From positions 73,656,001 through 73,720,000 of the forward strand of contig NC_067400.1 in assembly GCF_016432865.1 (NCBI RefSeq): a stretch of DNA of 64,000 bases, written 5' to 3'. Under the pieces are notes generated by a model. The model saw nothing but the letters and a program-made list of their open reading frames with translations. It searched no databases and had not been told where the DNA came from. The stretch is from Antechinus flavipes. Its lineage: Eukaryota. Made by a program: the position numbers and the translations under genes. Shown in pieces: positions 11,469 to 25,882 of the stretch (position 1 is the first letter of the stretch; each line of letters begins with the position of its first letter).

Positions 11469-14400
11469 CTAGGAGTTACAAAAGAAAAGTTCAAAATTAG
11501 ATCAAGAAAAGAAAAATGTGAGTTTCTCAATTTCCCCCTTTCCAATGACCCTTCTTTCCCACCTTCAAATATGTTCCAGAACATAATATATTAAATAACC
11601 TCTGAGAGGCTTTGTATTCCCTTGAGCTTCTATTAAATCTCTCACCTTTCTTTCATTATCAAGCCCCTGGTCTTTATCTGTCACTATCACTTCCCTTCTT
11701 ATCTTCTGAAAACTTGCTTCAATTCCTCATTACTCAATTGCATCTTTTTCCTCCAAAATATCTCCTTTTTGCCAAATCCAATAACATTCTAAAAATTTTA
11801 TCCTTCTTCTTGTCAGCATTTAACTCTATTCACCAGGCATTCTTATTTTAATTCAATTCATTTTAACAATCATTTTAGTTCCAACCATCAACAATAATGG
11901 AGATACAAAGAAAAGATGAAAAGTGATCTTTGCCCTCAGAGAATTTACAATCTACTTCTTAAAATTCCTCCTTTGACTTCTATAATATTGACTATGTCTA
12001 ATCTTTCTGTACCTTCTCTGATACTTTGTTGTATTCTTTGCTAATTCTTCTCCCTTCTTTTGTTATCTTTTCCAATGCTTTCCCCAGCCTTCTGCTCATT
12101 TATTCCTATACTTGTCCCTTGAGGACTCTTATCCACTCACATATTTTCAACTATCACCATTAGTAAAATCTAAGTGGCCTTGCTTTCTGGCCTATATCTC
12201 CAGCTACCCAGAATTTATTTTGACTCCACTTCAACTTTGGATTCAGTATATTAAAAATGAACCATCCTCCCACCCACCCTCTTTCCCAACTACCACTTTT
12301 CTATCAGCTTCCAGAGAAGGAATAATGGTAACATCTTCGATTCATCCTTTTTCACCTTGTCTATCTAATCATTAATTTTATTTTTATAGGCTAAGTCATA
12401 TTATAAAAAAAACAGGCTTTAATTTGTATAATACATTTCCAAAAGATCCATGACAATCAAATTTAGTATAGCAAAAAGCAGATACCTCCTTAAATTAATC
12501 TTATAACAGCAGACTCCTTAAAGTCAACTGTTACAAGATTAATAAAATCTAAAGATTTAGAACTTGAAGGTACCTTAGAAATCTTACCCTAAAGGTGAGA
12601 AAACTGAGTCCAAGAGAAATTAAGTGATTTGTCTAAGATCTCATAGTTGGTATGAGAACCCACATTTAACACTAGATCCTTTGGCTTCAAATCCAGTGTT
12701 CTTTCGATTATCATAATTCTCTGAGATTAATTTAAATAAACTGAGTCTACCTCTCCTCTTCTCTCATCTTCTCTATTTAATTCATTCATGTCTTGAATAT
12801 GGAACTAAAATGAAAATTGTGATTTTATGAGGTATTTATTTCAGCTTTTCCTTTTAGTGTGAACACTGCTTTTATTTGTACTGTTATAACTCTTCTCTGT
12901 CAATACAGTCTCTATTATGCTACTATACTCTAAATTTCCTGCTGCTTCTCTGATCAATGCCATATAGTTCCCCAGAGAATTTAATTTCTTCTTTCAAGTC
13001 CTACATTGCATGTTTAATATTCTCAAGAATTATGTACATTTTCTCTTTGTCCTTTTCCTTGTTGAATAATAAATTGACCAATTAATTAAGAAATACATAG
13101 TTAAGATTACTATGTGCTTAACACTCTTAAAGATACTAAAGAAATAAGATTATGATCTTTTCCTAAGGAGCACTGGGTCTTTTGGGATATTCAAGACATA
13201 CCCAAAACACAATTCATGACAACTCAGAAGGATAAAAAGAAGTTTATGAAAAGCAAAATTAAAAAAAATAATAAAAATAAAAAAATAATAGAATATCAAA
13301 AAAAGAGAGAGTTCATTACAGACAAAAAAAAGCAAAATTATATGATAGTCATCCAATAAACACTTATTAAGCATCTATTATAAGAAAATCACTAAAGTCC
13401 TAGTAAATTTTAGATAAGATATAGTTCCTGCATTCATGAAGCCTACTGGCTACAAGTAGAAGACAAAAACAAAAAGATAACAATAATATAAAATGTGATG
13501 TCTCAGGAAAAAAAATCATTTCTAAACAGGGAGAGCAAGGAAGGCTTCATAGAGTAGCAAATATCACATTTTTTAAAGAATGAAACTCTAAAGGTAAATA
13601 GGTAAAAACTTGTAAAAGGTAAGAAAAGAGAGAAGTGTGAAGTAGAATTAATAAAGTTTAGTTTATGGGTTGGAACTTTGAATGAACTATAAAGGAAGAT
13701 TAGGATTTGAATAGAGAATAGAATGAAAGTTTTCTAAAAAGGAAAAGTAGTATAACCAAAGGTTTAGAGGTTAGAAATATAAGTTGTTTAAGGACAGATG
13801 CAAGGATGTTTAAGGACAGATGCAAGGATTTGTGTTTCAAATAGAATCATGTCATCTTACAATAAACAGGACTTTTAGAAGTAACCTGCAGAGAAATGAT
13901 AGATTCAAAGTACAGAAGAAAATAATACATTTTTGGATTTGGCCACTTTGTGAATTCATTTTGTATGACCATGACTATTTGTCTCAAGAGGTTTTTAATA
14001 TTATTATTATTGTTAATTTTTTAAAAGCTGTCTATATGAAATGGAAATTCATATACATATACAATCCTCTTTCTATGCTCTGATATATATATATATATAT
14101 ATATTTAAAATTATGTTTTTCAAATAGAATATAAGCTACACAATGAAAGAGATTGTGCTATTGTTTCTCTAGCACCTAGGATAGTGTCTTACATAGAGTA
14201 GGTACTTAATAAGTGATTATTATTATTATTGTTATATGAGACAAAATGAAGGTTGCTATCACCAAGATCAGTCACTGTTGATATTGAATCTCTCAGGTGG
14301 GAGTGAGGGGGTTGGAATCTGTTGGAACTTTAACTTATCACTTGAGTTTGTTAGCAATGGTAATTGGATCCTACTACTATTGCTACAAAGGAAAAAAAGG

Positions 14401-15329
14401 GATTTGAATTAAAGATGGTAAGATGGAAGCTTGTAAAGACAAATAAAAAAGGAGTTAACTCATTTATTCCTATTTTAAGTATAAATCTATTCCAGTCAAT
14501 TTATAACGGTCTTTCATCCAAGCTTAGAGTAGTTACAAATAAAAGGTTGGCTTAGTAAGTAAGGCTGAACCAAAATTATTAAGGCTCTCAATATGCTATG
14601 GCTTCTACTTACTTTTAATTTAGCAAAAGAAATAATAAAAGGAAAAATTTCATGAGTACTTCTGATTCCACCTTTATTGACAAGGATATGTTTGTCTTTT
14701 CAATAAATCAGCTTTTAATGTGCAAGCAGGCATTAATCTAGAGAGTGGAAATATTTAACAAACGAGGTATGACTTCCAATTGTAGGTTTTGAAAGGCAAT
14801 TTTTATAAATACACTGAAACTTTAGTCTTGTTGAATGCCTCAACAGTCACATTAAAGTTTAAATGTTTGCAAAAATGTTTGCTTTTATTTTTCAATTGTA
14901 CTCAAACTAAGACTCTAAGAAATAGAGTAGTTGTTGAAATAGACAACCATATGCCACTGAAGTTCTGGTACACTTCTGACTTCCTGTAGCACAACTGTTA
15001 GAATATACTTTGTGACTTAAAAGTGAAAAAAAAAAAACTACCATGTCTGAAAAGGTGGAAAAAAAAAAGACCAAGAAAAGAACTGTGATAGGAATTTCTT
15101 AAACTTTAAAAGTGGAATTCCATTGTTTTTTGTCTATTTTGCTTCCTTCCTTCCAAATGGTTATTTCCTTTCTACTTTTTAAGACGGTTTATTTTCTCCC
15201 AGGGTGCTGTACTTACCCCATCTAACATCATTAATTCATTTTGTTAAAACAATATGTCATATATAATAACACTATTACAACTGCTGCATAACCTTGCTGG
15301 GGGTTGGATAAAATTGGACAAGAAGTGGG

Positions 15330-15640
15330 AATGTCTGATGAAGAAAAAAGAGTTATGGAGGACATGATAGCTATCTTCAAGTATCTGTTGGGCTATCATA
15401 AAGAATAATAAATATTCTTGATGCCAAAAACTAGAAGAGCAATGTACAGAAGTTGAAAACATATGAGTGTGAGAAGAATGTAAAGGAGTTTCCTAATAAT
15501 TTAAGTCTTACAAAATAGATTAGGTAGTAATGAGCTCCCTTTACAAGGAGTGTTCAATGAAAAGCTGAATTTTTAGAGATATGTAGCAGAAATTCTTGTT
15601 CAGGTACATATTGGATCACATGGACCTTCCAAATATAAAG
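15330..15640 (+). mobile_element. L3/CR1 LINE 3' relic
   Basis: ggacatgatagctatcttcaagtatctg...gagctccct...gtgttcaa...ttggatcacatggaccttccaa. Confidence 0.65.
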
Positions 15641-16209
15641 TTCTATAAAGCCACCTAACATTTATGGACTTCAGTGGGTTACCCACCTGCAAAAAGAGTA
15701 AGTAGATAGTCTCTAATGTTCCTTGAAAATCCTATTAAAAAGTACTGAGAAAGGAGAATGCTCATCTGCATTTTTCTTTCCATAATGGTCCTACTATACC
15801 AGCCCCAGGAGCTTCCCAGGAAACTCCTATTAAGAGAGGAGATCAAAAGCCTCCCAAGAAAGAGAGCAGTCTTTCAGAGCAGAGGAGGAAGTTGAGCTTG
15901 CCTAAGTATAAGGGCTCCCAGATGTCCTATTCTCTACCAATCAATAGGTTAAGAGGATTTACATCTTCAGAGGTTTGTCATATATGATTACTGAAAAATT
16001 GTATTATGGTGTAGTGGAACTCATTTGTAATCTATCAATTATTATTGCAGACTAACATCGTTAGGGTTGATCTTACATATCACTGGTAGTTAAAAACACG
16101 AAATTGCATTTGGGCTGAAAATGTGTATTTATCCTTCTCACATTTATTCATTGCTATTTTTCTCTCTTCTTGAACATTCATGCCTCTTTTTTTAATTGTT
16201 CCTTAATCC

Positions 16210-16417
16210 NNNNNNNNNNNNNNNNNNNNNNNNNNNNNNNNNNNNNNNNNNNNNNNNNNNNNNNNNNNNNNNNNNNNNNNNNNNNNNNNNNNNNNNNNNN
16301 NNNNNNNNNNNNNNNNNNNNNNNNNNNNNNNNNNNNNNNNNNNNNNNNNNNNNNNNNNNNNNNNNNNNNNNNNNNNNNNNNNNNNNNNNNNNNNNNNNNN
16401 NNNNNNNNNNNNNNNNN
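16210..16417. other. Assembly gap (208 N) in intron 21
   Basis: Run of N. Confidence 0.99.
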
Positions 16418-16531
16418 GCAAAATTTCTAATTTCTTTCAAAATTTAATTTCCCACCATATAAAAAAACAAAAATGAAATGAAAAGAAAATGAAAATATAG
16501 AAAAAGTAGAGATTCAGAAATAACCCTAAAT

Positions 16532-16831
16532 CAAGGGTTCTTGACTTGGAGGTATGAATTTGACTTTAAACCCACAAATATTTAATATATATTTAATGTT
16601 ATATATTTGATAATTATGTAATTAATACATATGATGAAATAATATATTCTAAATATATATTTATATATTTAATATTCAATATGCATATAAATATATTTAA
16701 TTACCAATGGTTTCCATTGTAATCCTATATCTTTATATTATGCATTTAAAAACATAATTGTGGGACGTGGTCTATAGCTTTATTAGACTGCCAAAATGCA
16801 AGTCTCAAAAAAAAAAAATTAAGAAGTTCTG
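16532..16831 (-). mobile_element. hAT-Charlie MITE, copy 3 (inverted, with AT-rich internal expansion)
   Basis: agggttcttgac...tgtaatcc...ttatgcatttaaaaac...agactgccaaa...ttaagaag. Confidence 0.65.
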
Positions 16832-17224
16832 TCCTAAATAAACATTGAGTTCAACAGTGTCACCCTATATCCAAGTCCCTTCTCTACTTCTCCCCATTCA
16901 AAAATGTTTATTTTGAAATCCCAACATACTCCCAGTATTCTTTTACTGTCCTATCCTCTTCCCCTTTTCTTATCAGACAGGAAGGAGATCTGAAAATGTT
17001 AATTTATTTTGTTGATATATTAGTGCTCCAAAGCATAATACAAGTATAAGAGATATGTCCAGAAAAAGACACTTCTCTTAACAAAGGAATTAACCACAAA
17101 TTGTAACATTTTTAAGTACTAACTGGGGATTTTTTTTTTACATAAAAGTTTCAAATTATAATTTGTAGTTGATTGTTCCCACAACCTCACTGTTTGTAGT
17201 AGTAAAGAATAGAAAACAAAGTAG

Positions 17225-17470
17225 ATGTCTATAAACTGTGAAATTGCTAAGCAAATTGTGGTACATAAATACAATGGAATATTGCTCTACTTTAAGAAAT
17301 TATGAATATGAAGAATTTAGGAAAAATTATATGAATTGATATAAAATGAAGTAAAAAACCCAGAAAAATAATATGTATGAATCTAAATATAAATTGAAAG
17401 AAAAACTAAAACATAAACACTGTGTAATTATAAGAGCCAAATTTGATCCCAAAGAGAAGAATTGCAAATG
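17225..17470 (+). mobile_element. Old L1 fragment (end of ORF2/start of 3'UTR)
   Basis: aaattgtggtacataaatacaatggaatatt...ttatatgaattgat. Confidence 0.6.
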
Positions 17471-17529
17471 CAATTCCCTTTCTTCGTTATGGATGCTGGG
17501 TTTTAACTGCTTCATGTTAAAGAATTGTA

Positions 17530-18190
17530 GCCTTCCAGTTGATGTCTTTTTTTCAACTTTCTCACTACTATCAAAACTGCCAGAGTAAATTTCTTAAGTG
17601 TATGTCTGAGTTTGTCATGTTTCTACTCAATAAATTCCAATGGTTCTCTATTCCCTTTTGAATCAAATACAAACTCTTGTAATTGGAATTTAAAGCTTTC
17701 ACAAACTGGAAATTTCTTATCTTTACAATCTCTTTACACATTACTCTTCTCCATTCATTGGTGTATAGCATACTCCAATGGCTTAGTCATATTGTCCTAC
17801 TTATTATTTCTCCCATATAACATTCCATTCTCCAATCTCTGTTTTTTGGTCCAGGGATAGGTACAGGACATATTGTCCCCCAAGCCTAGAATTTTCTCCT
17901 TCACCTCCTCCTCTTGAAACTCCTGATTTCTTTCAAGATTCAGATCAAACATCACCCATATATGAAACCCTTTTCAATATCTCCACCTTACTCCTGAGCT
18001 TCTAGGGTACGAGGGTATCCACTCTGTATATACTTTGAATGTTTGTAGAGTTATTTTCTCAATAGAATGTAAGCTCCTTGAGAACAGAGACTATTTTTGC
18101 TTTTATCTTTTATCAGCTTTAAGCACAATGCCAGACACTTAGTACTTCAAGCATTCAGTAAATTATAAATTATTTTTATTAATTGAATTC
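17530..18190 (+). mobile_element. L2 3' region
   Basis: actgccagagtaaatttcttaag...aataaattccaatgg...agaatgtaagctccttgagaacagagact. Confidence 0.7.
17865..17879. promoter_or_regulatory. Candidate glucocorticoid-type palindromic element AGGACAtatTGTCCC
   Basis: Exact fit to RGNACAnnnTGTNCY; motif match only. Confidence 0.25.
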
Positions 18191-21100
18191 CAACCCTATA
18201 CATGTTTTAAATGTTGTTATTGTAGTTGCTCTCTAAGTATAAGAGTGAGTTACCAAGACAAAAATATGCAACTATGTCGCTGGTTACCTTAGATTGCATA
18301 GTAAATACTCTATCAGGAACATGAATATAAGCACAAGTTGTAGGAAAAATATATTTCTCAATATTTAATTTATATACAATCTAATGCTCTATGTTTTAAC
18401 CTCTAAGATTTCATGAAATGAAGCAATTGATTCCATTTCCCTGTCTCACAAAATAGATGCTGATGCTGACTCAAACAGCAATTAGTAAAGGCACAACCAA
18501 GCCAGACTTCCCCATTCCAATTCAGTGTTGCCTAAGTATGAGGGAAGGGACTTAACCCCAAGAAAATGAGTGTATTGTTTTTCTATATATTTCACTCTCT
18601 TTTATCTGCCACTGAAAAACAGAGGACTGACTGTCATTGCATTACTGACAGAGAAAGAAAATTGGCTTCATTTGCAGCCCGTTCTGATATAAAACTTTAT
18701 TTTGTATCCCATTATAATAAATAAAAGAAGAGACAGTCTGAAGACACGATTCATTAGCCTTGGGCCAGTGACTTAAATAAGGTTAAGCCTCTTCATAGTC
18801 AAACATGGGATGAATAATCTTACACAGGTGTGAAGCTAATGTACCAATATGGAGAATCAAATGTCTTTTTTTCACCAGCCTGAATCGGGAAGCCCTCTGA
18901 TTTGCCCGTTCTAAAAAGAATCTGATCTTTAAAACAAGCATATAAGCAAAGAACAACAACAAAAACCAGCCTAGGTAAAAGCTGATTTGGGGACCAGGAA
19001 TTTAATATGCTGGTTTTTTTTTTTTAAGTTTAAATGAAAGGCTCATTTTAGAATAACACAAAACATGAAATAACAAAAAAAAATGGAAATATAATCCTTG
19101 AATTGTAAATGAGAAATGTTAAGCTGAATTGAGTTTTAAAGAGAAAACATAGTATTGCATTCATATCAGAATGCAAATTTCAGAACTATTGTTTCAAGGT
19201 GAAATGTGATAACTGATTGAAGTGTGTTCATGAAAGCAAACATTGTATGAAGATATATAATATGTATCTATATTGCAATGTCTTTGTCTTGACCCTTAAA
19301 TACAAGCACATAAACACAAGGCACAATGTGTGTGCGTATTTATTTGTTCTATAACCACCAATGTTGCTACATATTGATAATAGTTCTTTGATTCCCCCAG
19401 CAGCTTTCCTTACTTCATAGTTCAAGGGCAAAATCTTCAAAGCTTACACTCTCACAATTCCATAGCTGGATTAAAACAATAAAATGATAAAAGAACAAGT
19501 AGCAATGATTCTAACCTCAAAAATCTTCTTTTTTCTCAAGACTTACCCACACAAAATGACAGCTTGAATTTTTAGAAAGGAAAAATGTTTTAAAACTAGA
19601 CAATCAGACATTTACACACTCTGCCATAATCATGTAATGGTTAGACAGTGTTGTTCAGCTCCTACAGAGCTCAATCTCCAGTGAGCTCTATAGTTTATAA
19701 ACAATACAAGCCTCTCCCCTCTTTCTCTTTTCAGTTTCCAATGTAGATTTTGTTGTTGTTGTTTAAAATTCTACCCTGTCATCTTTGAAATTTTATCCAC
19801 TCACACTTCTTCAATAATAAATGATAAAAGGAAATGGAATAAATTCCCCTTAATGAGGAAATTTTCACCTGGCATAGAGGAGCTAGGGAAATCTATTAAC
19901 TGACTTGAGAAACGCCTGCAGCATTGCAATTACCAAGGGAGTCAGTGTACTTCACACAGTCCTCTCTTCCACTTGACTGGCTTTTATCTGATCCACCAAC
20001 TCACAAGTAATGCTAAACAAATTTCCCTCCAGATTGCACCAGCTCTAATGTGAAAATGAGCACTCCACTTGGCCTACAATTATTGGATAGGGTTACAATT
20101 TGATTATTATACAGGGTATTTTTTTCAAACCTTCCTCTTCCTCCCCAAGCCAAAAGTTGAAGGAAACCTAGGGTTTGAAGTTCAGTAGTGATGTTTGCTT
20201 GAGAGAGAAAGAGACAGAACTGAGTAAGATATCTGTAACCCATATAGATATATGTTGATATAAATGTATTCTACTCCCTATTTCCTCAGTAGCTTCTTCC
20301 AAGAGATTTAAACTAAATTCACTGATTATTTCTGGCATTTCACAAGCTTTAGAATAAATGGCAATTACAATGATGAGATCAGTGTAAAAGTTGTTTATCT
20401 CTTTGTCTTTTCTTTTAAGAAGACAGATTGTTGCTTCTTTCCCAAGAGAAATGCAAAAGATGACTGTCAAAAATAGCAATAACATTTAGAAAGGCAGGAG
20501 ATAGAAAGCTAGTTGATTGTAGTAAATGCCACCCTTTCCCCTATTCAATTTTTTTGATGATACTATGGTTGTATCTCCATAGCAGCCATGGGCAGAGGGC
20601 AACATTCAGTCCATCATTTTGCTCTTTCATGTATAGGTCACACTATATCAAGATATTAAAAGAAACATAGCATCTGAATTTTTCACTGAATTTCATATCC
20701 ATATCATATATTTTATTTAGATTGATCAATTAACCTTGCTCATAGTTCTAAATATTTAACTGTGCTATGACAGGTGTTGTTTTTTGTTTATTTGGTTTTT
20801 CCTGAACCTATACACCCTGAATATCCACATTAATATTCCATTAATTCTGGATTGAGAGTGGAGAAGGAATTAGAAAAATCTCTCCATCTAAACTCTATGA
20901 CCCATTACCTATAAGGCAGGTTAAGTTAATTTCTAAACACCAGCTTTAGATACTTGAACCTTATTAAAACACAATGAATTTACTTAGCACTGGTTCTGAA
21001 ATGAGCAATGTTCCCGTATGATTAAACATCTGATTCTGTACTTCTTATAGTTAGGTGGCTTGCCCATAGTAGACACTCATAAGTAATTGTTGTATTAAAT

Positions 21101-23949
21101 TAGCTTCAATTGTATTTTGTCTCCTCACAAATGGAAGCTAAGTACAAAAAATGAAAACAAAGAAATGCAAAGTGACTCAAAAATAGTTATTGTCTGTTAT
21201 CTCTAAAGTTCTCAAAATGATGCTTTGCCACTGATCAGTCATCAGACATCCATTGGCCAGACTGAAAATTTAACTAAAGACAAGTGGGTAACTCTATGGA
21301 ATGTTGCACTTGTACTCATGGAGATGAAAATGTGCTTATAGATATTTATTATCCATTATCTTCTCACTCCAGAATGAATGTGCTTTCCATTATTTTATCG
21401 AGTTTCTAAGACTGCTAAAGAAGTTCATGATCCAAAAAAAGGAACCTCTTTGTAATAAATGCCATATTTCCTTCCTCTCACTATTTAAAGTCTAACAGTA
21501 TAGTAGGACTAATAGTTAAAAGAGAATTTCTCTAATTGAAAGCAGCCATGAAATACCGTTAGAGTGTAGTGTAATGGATGAGTCAGGAAGATCCACATTC
21601 AAATTCTGTCTGTATGACCCTGGAACCTGGAACCTGGTCTCAGTGCCCCAGGCCATTCTCTAAGACAAATATGCTTTGGTGAAGGGGTTCTCCAAACTAA
21701 TGAATGTAAGCTCCTTCTGAGAGTAAGGATTGTTTTATTCTTTGTTGTTGCATCTTCGTATACATAATACATATAAGGAATTTAATAAATGCTTATTGAT
21801 TAATTAATGATGTCACAAAGTCAGAACTGGAAAAAAATTTGGAAAAATATGTTTTGGGTTTTTTTTAATCTACATGGTTAATAAAATCTCAGGTCTTTTC
21901 CAATAATCTAAGGAATCCAATACATTAAATCTGGACCCAAGAAATAAAGTAGAATGCTTTATCACACCTTAACATAAAACTGTGATTGAATGAGATTCTT
22001 TGATATTTTATATTCCATTGTTTCTGCTTCAGAATATCAAAAATCAGCTTTAATTTCAGCTTTATACTTTTCTGAAGCTTCACTACAGCATGTTTTTAAA
22101 TCAAGTCATGTTCCTACAAAGCTGTTTTCAAAATATACCTTTTGTAGTCCCAAGGACATTAGCAAGAGAAGGAATTCTCAATAAATAACTTTCTGTTGAC
22201 TTCTAGAGGCCATTACTCAGAATCTTATTAAATTGCTTAGCTGAAGCCAACCACTGACATAACTGGTCTGTGGTATTTTTCTGCAGAATGTAACCTGGTC
22301 AGGATTAAATTTTCCTAGCACTTGAATGAAAAGGGCAAAGATAATATGTTGTAGATTACAGAAGATACACTTAGCTATTTCTAAGTGAGCCTAGAATATC
22401 CAGTAGAATTGAATATTTGGTGACATGTCATATTTGATGTTTGTTGTTGGAAGGATGACAACTTGTATAACAACCCAATTTCCTAAGTTATTTGGAGATC
22501 TTCAGAGGAAAAGGGAGATCTCAGTGATAATCAGTAGTAACACTAGTAATTATTTCTGCTCTCTAACGTCAGTGGTAATCACTTCAAAGGACAAATTGGG
22601 AGAATTACTTCTTAGGCTTCCTAGAGTAAAAGATTTACTTGTTGCTTAAGCAAATAAGGACCTGCTATGTGCATGATGTTCTAAACTGTTGATGAAATTC
22701 AGTTGATCCATAGAGAAGGAGTCCCAAGCACTATGCATCATAAATTAGTTAATGAACGAATTGATTGCTTGATACTACTGAATAAAAGAGGAAGTATAGC
22801 ATGCTGGCCTTGATCTTGTCTCCAATTTCTATTTACCATTTGATCTTAAGCAAGTGCCTTAATTTTTCAGTGTGCTAAACTAGATAATTCTCTAAGATTA
22901 TAAGATATAGAAATTGTATTAGCATCTTTTTGCTTGATCCCAGTTTTTTAAACTATATTTGCTCACTAATTAGCTGCTTACCCACAATAATAAAATGTAA
23001 CATTTTTCCTGGGATGGTAATGTGGCACAAGTTTAAATATTCTCCTTCAGATGCATTTTTCCTGAGATTTCAATAAAATTTAAACTGTATTTCCCAAAAA
23101 AAATGTATCAGTCAAGATAATTTTCTCTTCCTGGATGTTCCTTACACCATTTGAAATTATTAGTTTATATTCCCGCTGGTGAAGAAGAAAGGTGTGGCAA
23201 TTTTATTATATCACTTTTATACTTAACTCTTTGTTTCTGCATTTCACTCATGATAGCCTTCTTGAAAATTATATTGTTGGTCATCTATGACTACAGGGCA
23301 TGCCTCAGAATTGGTGCTCAGCTACATTATAAATGTAATTCTTATCACTAGCATTATTTAGGTGGGGAAGGCTCAAACCCTGAGTTCTCTTTGTTTCCTC
23401 ACTCTTTATTTTCCCTACCATACTAATCAGTTTTCAGGATCTACTGATTCAATCTCCAAAATATCATAAAAGTTGTTTTCATATATATTATTTCCAGACT
23501 TCTAGGTCTCTTCCATAGTATTCTTCTTTATCATAAGCTTTTAATATCTGTGTGATCTTTGTACCTTTAACTAATCTTGCTCTCAGGAAAGAAGCCAATA
23601 TCAGTTATTTATACTATTGTGTATATGTTTTATGTCTATTTATTTTTAGTCTTTTATCTAATTGTAAAATAAAAAACATTCTCTCATATTAAAAGAACTT
23701 ACAAAATGCTTGAAGAAATAAAAAAGTAATTTAGGAACCAATTTCCTTTCCCAGGCTTCTTGAGATCATGTTGCCTACCCAAACTATAAGTATGACCAGT
23801 ATTGCTTCAGGAACTAAAATCACTCTTGCTTGTGTTAGCAACTCTAGATAGACTATCTACTTTACTGAAAATTAAATTAGAGCCTTTTCATGGTTGATTA
23901 AACAAAGTCATTTTTAAAAAATTGTTCAGATAGGAATGCATATCTTTAA

Positions 23950-24175
23950 GGAAGCTATGTGGCACAGTGGACAGTGCTAGGGCTAGAATCAAGAAAACTT
24001 GAGTTTAAATCCAGCCTCAGACACTTCTGAGCTGTGTGACCCTGGGGAAAACACTTAGTCTCTGTCTTCCTCAGTCTCTTCAACTGAAAAATAGGGATAA
24101 TAATAGATACTCTTTAAAAGAGTTTTTGTGAGAATCAAATGAAACAAATTTGTAAAGTATTACTACTGAATAGTA
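23950..24175 (+). mobile_element. MIR/CORE SINE
   Basis: gtggcacagtgga...aaatccagcctcagacact...ctgtgtgaccctggg...gtgagaatcaaatga. Confidence 0.8.
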
Positions 24176-24249
24176 CAACTGGCCAGTTCTAATTGGGTTC
24201 TCAAAGGGAGACAATTCCTGCTCCTGCTCACAGAGGTTGTTATCTTTTG

Positions 24250-24360
24250 CTAATCAACAATTAAGGCTAGGTAAGAAATGAGGCAGAGAATGGTCGATCA
24301 ATGAGAGTCAGAGTGATCTGGGTTTAAGGCAAGGTCCTTAAGAAAGATATCTGGGGGAGA
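24250..24360 (-). mobile_element. Fragment of the same RTE-related marsupial SINE as at 49.6-50.0 kb
   Basis: Shares aattaaggctaggtaa with the 49.6 kb copy; ggtttaaggcaaggtccttaagaaag. Confidence 0.5.
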
Positions 24361-25882
24361 GGGGCATTTATAGACTAGATTTTTTTGCTGTTACTGATGT
24401 CAACTACTCAGAAAGGAAAATAATACTTAGGATTCAACAGCTAATGAGTAATTAGTATTTCAGCTTCTTGGTTTAAAAATCATTTCTCAAGAAAAGAGAA
24501 AAAAGAAACATTTTATGATGGTTAGAGAATAAAACTGAAAAAGGAAGCGCAGGCTATACTTCCAGCTTTCCACAAAAAAAAAAAAAAAAAAAGGGGCTAT
24601 TAAACCTCTCTGTAACTCAGTTCTACCATTTGTAAAAATTAGAATCATAATATTTGTCATCTGTGTTATTTTTTGCAATATACTTGAAGATCAGTGAAGA
24701 TCAGTGAAAGAAGAATAGAACAATAATTGCATAAATATATTTTCTTGTGTTATGGCATTATTTTTACACATGTTTTGGTCTCTATTCAATCAACTTGTAA
24801 GGTCTTTGAGGTCAAGGACCTTTACTTCATCTTTGAAATACCTAAAACTTACTGGCATAGTATTACAAATTAAAATTAAAATATTATTGAATGAATAAAC
24901 ATCATTTTTGACATATTGATAGTCTCCCATAAAGAAAGCCATCAGTTAAATAAGTAAAACAATTAGTTTGGAAACAAAAGTATTAACATAGGGATAACCC
25001 ACAAATTACTTGTGAATAAGACATGTCTATGTATAGTTTTTATCTATTAATGAGACTTCAAACAGTATGTTTTCATTAGTATAAGGAATTTCAAGGTAAA
25101 GAAAGTCCATCAACCAATTCAGACTTTTATCTTCTCTGCTACTGATGGTCTTAGGAAGCTATCCATGACACTCCAAAGTCCAGTGATTTTGCAAAGGTCA
25201 CCTAATCAGTATGTGCCAGAGGCAAGACTTGATGTCAGGTGGTCCTGACTCCCAAGCCTGCTCTTTAACCAAGCTGCCTCTAATAAGAGATGTTATAATT
25301 AATGAATAAAAGTAATCCATTCTAGTTTGTATTCTGAATTTTGTCTATCAAAATGCATGCTACTCATTTTATTTATGTTATAAATCTAAAGATTTTGCCA
25401 TACTCTTAAGAATATGATATCATGATCAATATCATCAAATATTGATTAAGAATTTTGATTTTTAAAAATAAAATAAATTAATGATATAGCAATATTAAAG
25501 CTTTTGATATTGACACTTCCCATTTTCCCCAAGCCAATAAATTACTAATAAACAATTTTTAAAATTAGAGAAATATAGGTTTACTTAGAAATATATTTTA
25601 TCATCTAAAAAGAAAAATCTTAATCATTATTACCTAAGATAAAAGAAAATTAAAAATAGAAATTTATTTTTTGTACTGAGGGGTTATAGAAGTGAAGAAA
25701 TCCCAAGAACAACATCTCTCTTTCAAAGATTTGAAAAGAATATAAAATTCAAATCTAGAGCATTTTTTTAAAGTGTTTCTTGAGGAGGTGATGTAGTGTT
25801 ATGAAAAGAGCATTGAACTAGATATGCAATCTCAACTCTAATTCTGGAACTACTACAAATTAGCTTATGTGATCATGGACCT

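Noticed and set aside
11250-11594. Plus-strand ORFs antisense to exons (also 55316-55678, 46744-46929, 47485-47673)
   Set aside because: Antisense shadows of CPS1 coding exons
16170-16447. ORFs containing X runs (also 54166-54531)
   Set aside because: Artefacts of N gaps; all expected exons are accounted for outside the gaps
25174-25182. CAAAGTCCA HNF4-type cores (also 57701-57709)
   Set aside because: Poor 5' half-sites; a 9-mer is expected roughly once per window by chance; one lies in a MIR
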